A stretch of DNA of 54,240 nucleotides, filler included, from Jimgerdemannia flammicorona (Eukaryota), in assembly GCA_003990765.1 (NCBI GenBank). It is 2 parts of 2 records of this genome, joined end to end, with 100 filler letters (N's around TTAATTAATTAA, not from the genome) between each part and the next. Parts side by side here need not be neighbours in the genome. Positions count along the whole stretch, not along the records: positions 27,173 to 54,240 come from RBNJ01000665.1; 1 more part is not named here. The stretch is one strand, 5' to 3'. The position numbers and the translations under genes were made by a program. Below the pieces are notes generated by a model. The model had not been told where the DNA came from, searched no databases, and saw only the letters and a program-made list of their open reading frames with translations. Below, piece after piece: positions 48,550 through 54,240 of this stretch (position 1 is its first letter; every line of letters starts with the position of its first letter).

Positions 48550-50577
48550 ATGTCATCAAGCAAGAGTTCTGATGGGCGTACTGGGTCGGGGAGAGCTGGG
48601 GCTTTTGGCTGGCAGAAGGTGGGGAAGGGGTATGGCCTGGGAATGGGGGCCTTTGGAGGGTCAAAGGTGGGAGAAAGCTCTGGAGGTGGACTGGTGTCTG
48701 GTGGATCTAGAGGAAGGTCTGGTCCCTCCAGCTTTGCCGACAAGGTGAAGGTGGGTGGATGGCCTACTGAAATAAGGGTTGACACTGCTGAGGGGAAGGG
48801 CAAGGCTAGTGTCAGGAGAGGGAGTGGCCCTCAGGGGGGAGCAGTGAGCATAGGGGCTGGTGGTGCTGTGGCTGGGGGTGTGACTGTTGATGGGAGTGTG
48901 ACAGGGGATCAGGAAAAAAAAAGAGATGTGATGGCTGATGGCAGGGTGGGGCAGGGGTTCCCAATGCAGAAAGGGGACCTGGCCGATAGTGTAATGGGGC
49001 TAGCGATGGCACCATTACTCAAGAAGTCGATCTCGGAGTTTGCAGTGACTCTGTGCTTCCAAGACTTAGGGGTGACAGCGAGGATGGTCTTGGGGCTTAT
49101 CTCAAAGCAGGTGGCTGGGGCGGCTTCAGTGAAATTCCTGAAGGGTCTGGAGGAAGTTGAGGTGAGCTTTGAGGAGGCGGGCCCACTGGAAGAGGTGCTG
49201 AGGGCAGGAGTGGCAGTTGGAGAGGTAGTGGTCCCCATGGTATGCTGTTTGAGGTGAGACCCCAGGGTGGTGCAGCTGCTGGTGAAGGGGGTGCCCACAG
49301 TGATGAAGGAGGAGATGAGGAGGAGGATAGAGGAGGTGATGGTGGAGTATGGAGATGTGGTGGATATTGGCTTCCAGGTGTGGGAGGGGATGATGAATAA
49401 AACTGGTGATGTTGATATCAGGATTCAGCTGGCAGGGAGGGAGGCCACAGGGAAGGCAGGTGACTGGCCCTCAGTGTTGATGTGGGGGGCCTTTATTTGT
49501 AAGGTGTCGAGGGTGAAGGGGAGTGAGGAGGAGGAGGAGGATTTGTTAGAGGTATTGGAGGAGATGAGTGGTGCAGTGGAATGGCAGGCAAAGGCCTGAA
49601 AGCTCTATGAGGAGTCGACGTACTTAGAGATTGTAGAGGGGAAGCGTGTCTATACTGACAAGAGGCAGTGGGAGTGGGCCCAGGGGTACTTGAGGTAGAG
49701 GGAGCTCTTGGCGAGTATGATAGGAGGGGAGAAAAGGAAGGTTGATGGGGCTGAAGGGTCTGGAGGCATCAAAGCCAGTGTGTGGGCTAGCAAAGGAGGA
49801 AAGGAGGCGGTGGTGACCAAAGAATGGGCTGCGAAGGTGCTGGGCAGGGATCCCTATGCAGATAGTACTTTCGAGGTCTGGGAGGAGGAGTCAGATAGTA
49901 CCCCCCCCCCACTTATCAGGAGGGGCCCAGTGGGGCAGAGAGGGGCAGTGGAAGATGTACCAATGCAGAGGGCCCAGCGGGTTACCTTTGGGGTCCCAGA
50001 TGTGGTGAAAGGGGGCCAGGTGGTGGCTGTTAGTGAGGACGAGCTGGTGGATGTCCCAGAAGAGGAGTGGAATGAGGATGCCAGTGTAGGTGCAGATACT
50101 ATGATGCTGGATGCAGGGCAGCCAGGGACCCCTGGAGGGAAGGAGATTGGAAATCTGCTGTAGATAAGCAAGGTGATGGATAACCTTGCAGTAGAGGTAT
50201 TGGGGGAAGTGAATCTGAGAGTCATGCCGGAGGAGCACTGGGCACAGATTCTGTGAGGTGAAGGAGTGGTGGAGGCACTGAAGATGGAGATTCTTATGAT
50301 ACTACTGGAGGAAGAGGGTTATGAGGTGGATGGGGTGAGGAAGGTGGAGCTGGTGGTTGTTGTGGGTGAGTGGGCAGCCTACTGTTGGGCAGAATGCCAT
50401 GGTTTGCAGTTCTGGCAGAAGGCCTGTGGAGAGGATTGGGAGGACTTTGAGGAGAAAGAGGATAGGGTAATGGTTGAACTTCTGGAGGGATTGGAGGTGC
50501 AGGGAGCTGAGAAGAAGGAACTGGCTGCAGAATATATCTTGGATTTAGCACAGGAGGACTTGAGTGTGGATTTGTAG
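48550..50577 (+). pseudogene. LINE ORF1 (in-frame stops, no frameshift)
   Basis: MSSSKSSDG... Fragments at 48448, 49267, 49708 and 50266 are all in the same frame. Confidence 0.85.
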
Positions 50578-50608
50578 AGGAGAGGTTTAATCTTTAATAA
50601 TATTCCTC

Positions 50609-53600
50609 ATGAACAGTACAACTAACATTTTCTCTCTCAATGTGAATGGTCTTCGAGGATCTGGGCGGCGTAAGAACATTTTTACATGGCTAAAGGGATT
50701 GGAGACTGACCTCTTTTTACTGCAGGATATATGGTGTGAGGATGAGGATGATCAGATTAAATGGACTAGGAAATGGGGTGGGGCTACCACTTGGTTTGGA
50801 AAGGTGGCGATTCTGATAAAGAAGGGTAGAGGAGATTTGGAGGGGATCATGAACTGGGGAGATCGATTGGTCTGGGGTGAATGGCACTGGCCAGGGTGGG
50901 AATCAGTGAGGGTGGGCTCATATTACTGCCTGGCAGTGAGGGGAGAGAGGATTGCATGGATTAAGGAGCTACTGGAGGAGGGCATCCTCTTGGAGGAAGG
51001 GGTCGACATTCTTGGTGGTGATTTTAACATGGTTCGAGATTTGCAGTTAGATAGGACTGATGGAGGAAGAAATGCTGGTGGGAGGAGTGGCAGTCTAGAT
51101 GTATGGGAGGAGGTGGAAACTCTTAGCTCCTTAGGGGATATGGGCCAAACATGGTGGGGCGACACCAGGGTCTACACACACTGGGTGAATGGCTTAGGGA
51201 CAAGGATTGACTGGATTCTGACAGCTGAATGTTGGGGTGCTGATGTCTGGAAGACTTTGGAAGTGGTGTGGTGTCTATGGTCTGATCACTGGGGACTGAT
51301 TGGGCAGGAGCAGTTTGGGGGGAGTGGAGATGGACCTGGACATTGGTGTCTTAACTCCTTCCTGCTGGCCGAGAAGGGGTTGTGAGACTCATGGGTGGCG
51401 GACATATAGGTAAAGATTCCACTTTGGAGGCAGGAGGGTTTATTTGTGGGTGTCCATTGGTTGAGATTGAAGGAGGCTGCGAGAGTTTATTGGGGTGGAG
51501 CTGGTAGGGAGGCAGGGAGAAAGAGGAGGAGATGAATACAGTATGCCTCAAATAGGCTGATTGCAGTTGGAGTGGGTGGATTTGCTTGCATCTGATGAGG
51601 TGGAGGATTGGAGGTTGGAGAGGGTGAAATTGGAAGTAGTAGAACTACAACAGGTGTTGTGAGAGGAGGAGGAGACTCGTATGTGAGGAATGGCAGCCAG
51701 GCTTAGATGGCAGGGGCTTGAGGAGGGGGAGCAGCCTACTAGGTTCTTGTCTAGGCTCCTCAAAGCCAGGCGGGTGAGGCATAGGTGGGATGGGATCTTG
51801 GATGCTGAGGGAGAGTTGGTGCATGGCACACAGCAGATCCTGGAAGTATTGAAGGAGAATTGGCGGGGTCTGTGGAGTGAGGAAGAAGGGGGTACTGATG
51901 CAGAGGCGATTGGTGACACACTGGAGGAGTGGGAGCTGCTGCAGATAGAGGGGCTAGGTGACTTGATCTTACCAGTCCAGGAGGAAGAGATACAAGGTGT
52001 CCTGGCAGCGATTAAGCTTGGGATGGTGCCAGGAGAGGATGGGTTACCATGGGACTTCTGGAAGAAGATGGTGAAAGTCCCAGGGATGCTGGGGGAGATG
52101 GCGGCCCTCTGTGACTATGTTCTTCTGAATGGTATGTAGGTTGGTGAGCAGGACTTAGGGCTGGTTGCCCTATTGTACAAAGATAAGGGCCAGCATGAGG
52201 ATTGGAAGAACTGGCAGCCAATCATGCTTCTGGATATGGATCGGAAGTTGGTGACTAAAGTGATTGTTGCAAGGCTACAGAAGGTTGCTCAACAGGTGCT
52301 GGGGGAGGAGCAGCGGGGCTTTGTAGGTGGTAGACTTATCAGAGATAGAACTGCCTGGGTGTATGGTATTATTGAAGGAGCCCAGGCCTGTGGACTGGAT
52401 GGGAGACTGGTTTTTTTGGACCAGGAGAAGGCCTATGACTGTGTTCGGTGAGTTTGGTTGGGCAAGGTACTGGACAGAATTAGCGTTCCACCACAGTTTC
52501 GGGCCTCTATATTGAGTTTGTTGGAAGGGAGTAGAGCGGCACTGTTGTGTAATGGTTATAGGGGTTTGGCATTCCCCTTGGGGAGAGGAGTCCCTCAAGG
52601 GGACCTGCTGTCCCCTATCCTTTATGCCCTCTCCTTGGAATTTTTGATGGACAGGATCCATAAGAGGGTGACTGGGCTCTCTGTGTATGATGTGGAGTGG
52701 AAGGTGGGGGTCTTTGCAGATGATATGGTAGTTGGACTTAGATCAGTAGCAGATGTAGAGGCTCTTTGGGAAACAGTGGAGTAGTATGAGGCACACTCTG
52801 GAGCAAAGCTCAACTGGCATAAGTGTGAGACAATGGTGCTGGGGAATAGGCTGGTGGGAGGGGATATCATTGGAACAATTGTCCCCATAGGAGAGGTGGT
52901 GTGGTACCTAGGTATCTTCCTCTCTGTATATGGATCAGTCCTACCACGGATATGGTGAGAGAGGAGGGTGGACATTTGGGGAGAGGCTCTGAAAGGTTGG
53001 GGGGGTTGTCACATCTCCCTGGCAGGGAGGGTGGCAATTCTGAATGTATACTGGTTCTCCAAGCTGTAGTATGTGGCATATCACTTAGACTTTCCTGCTT
53101 AGGTGGTGAAGAGGCTGATGAAACTGGCTAGGGATTGAATTTGGGCTGGTAGAAGGGCCCAGATCAGTTGGGATACCCTTGTTGAGCCAGTACTTAGGGG
53201 AGGCCTGGGCCTTGTTGATTTCCCTAAGCGTCTATACTGCCTGCGAGCTTAGTGGTTGCAAAGGGCTGTTGAGCTACAGGGTGGAGGTTGGGTACTATTG
53301 ATGAAGAAGGTGTGGGAGATGAGAGTCTCCCCCTGGGGGTCCACCAGGGATCTACTCTCTTTGGTGGGTCTAGATGGAAGCTGATGGCTATGGTATAAGG
53401 GCTTCTGGTGGGGAGTGGTCGATGGGGTACACCAGATAGGCCTGTGCTGGTGTGGCAATGAGGGAGAGGGGGTATGGGGTCCAGCTATGTGGCAATGGGA
53501 CTGTCTGCTTCTAGGGAGAGTTCCACTAGCTGAGTTTGACATTGGAGATGGAGTAGAGTATCAGCGGCGAATTGGCCAGGATCTTTGGCCACATAGTTGG

Positions 53601-54240
53601 CAGGTAGTGGGGATTGGTGAAGAGTGGGATGGGGCAGGGATCTGGTCTTGGAGTACGGAGGTGCGGCAGTGGCTTCCTCCCAAGTTCTGGGTAGTGTGGT
53701 GGTGAATGTTGCGGAGGAATGTTATGTTGAACTTCTGTGCTGAGCATCTGGTGGATGGTGGTCAGCTGAATTGTGAGGAGTGTTATAATGTTGGGCAAGT
53801 TGGGGGTTTTGTACAAATGCCAGAACATTGGCTGGGGGAGTGTGAGGTTCTGGGGGACTTTTGGATAGCTGTAGGGGACCAACTTGGGGTTGAAAGGAGG
53901 CCAGATGGAGAGAGAGGTCACTGGGAGGATCTGGAATCTAGACTTGTGGGAGGTGTTGGCAATAGGTGGCTTACTGTAGGGTGGGTTGTGGCAGTGTGGG
54001 TGGGGTTGGCTAGACATTGGCTCTTTGTTTTTGAGGAGGGGTGACAGATAGAGATACGGGAGAAGTTATTGAGATAGGAGGAGTTGGTGGCAGATCTGCT
54101 GACAGGGTGGTGGGTTGGATGGGGACCACAAGGTGGGCAATGTCGCCATCTGGTGGAAGGGATCTGTGAGCAGAGTGGTGGGTGGGTGGAGATGGTATTT
54201 GATAAGGTGGTCTTTCGTCGAGAAGGGGTAGGGGGGGGGA
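50609..54240 (+). pseudogene. LINE ORF2: APE endonuclease, RT and CCHC (disrupted)
   Basis: Motifs LNVNGLRG, GGDFN, RIDWIL, SDH; EQRGFVGGR, LDQEKAYD, PQGDLLSP, FADD; CEEC...EHWLGEC. One frameshift at ~51400-51500. Confidence 0.95.

Larger units (their letters stand above)
48475..54240 (+). mobile_element. Near full-length L1/Tx1-like LINE, second family (3' end beyond window)
   Basis: 5' UTR, ORF1 and ORF2 are collinear with the LINE at 2433-8075 but diverged. 5' boundary approximate. Confidence 0.95.

Overview
Eukaryotic, almost certainly fungal DNA (Zn2Cys6-type ORFs, chromodomain Gypsy element), made mostly of nested, C>T/G>A-hypermutated transposons and split by an artificial 100-bp gap linker (27073-27172). 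It holds three copies plus a solo LTR of a Ty3/Gypsy family 'A' (gag-PR-spacer-dUTPase-RT-RH-INT-extra ORF, ~1.2-kb LTR). It holds three copies or fragments of a chromovirus family 'B' (gag-dUTPase-PR-RT-RH-INT-chromodomain, 464-bp LTR). There are five L1/Tx1-like LINE copies or fragments, one full length with a 16-bp TSD, two fold-back hAT-type MITEs with 8-bp TSDs, and an unidentified LTR-like element with a disrupted orphan ORF. Between two inward-facing family A 3' LTRs lies a CpG-retaining island (~12.4-23.8 kb). It carries an old direct duplication with two paralogs of a small C-terminal zinc-cluster gene (one intact, one broken) and a LINE 5' end fused to a 9-bp minisatellite that is open in all six frames. 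All alignments were made by eye; boundaries described as approximate should be recomputed.
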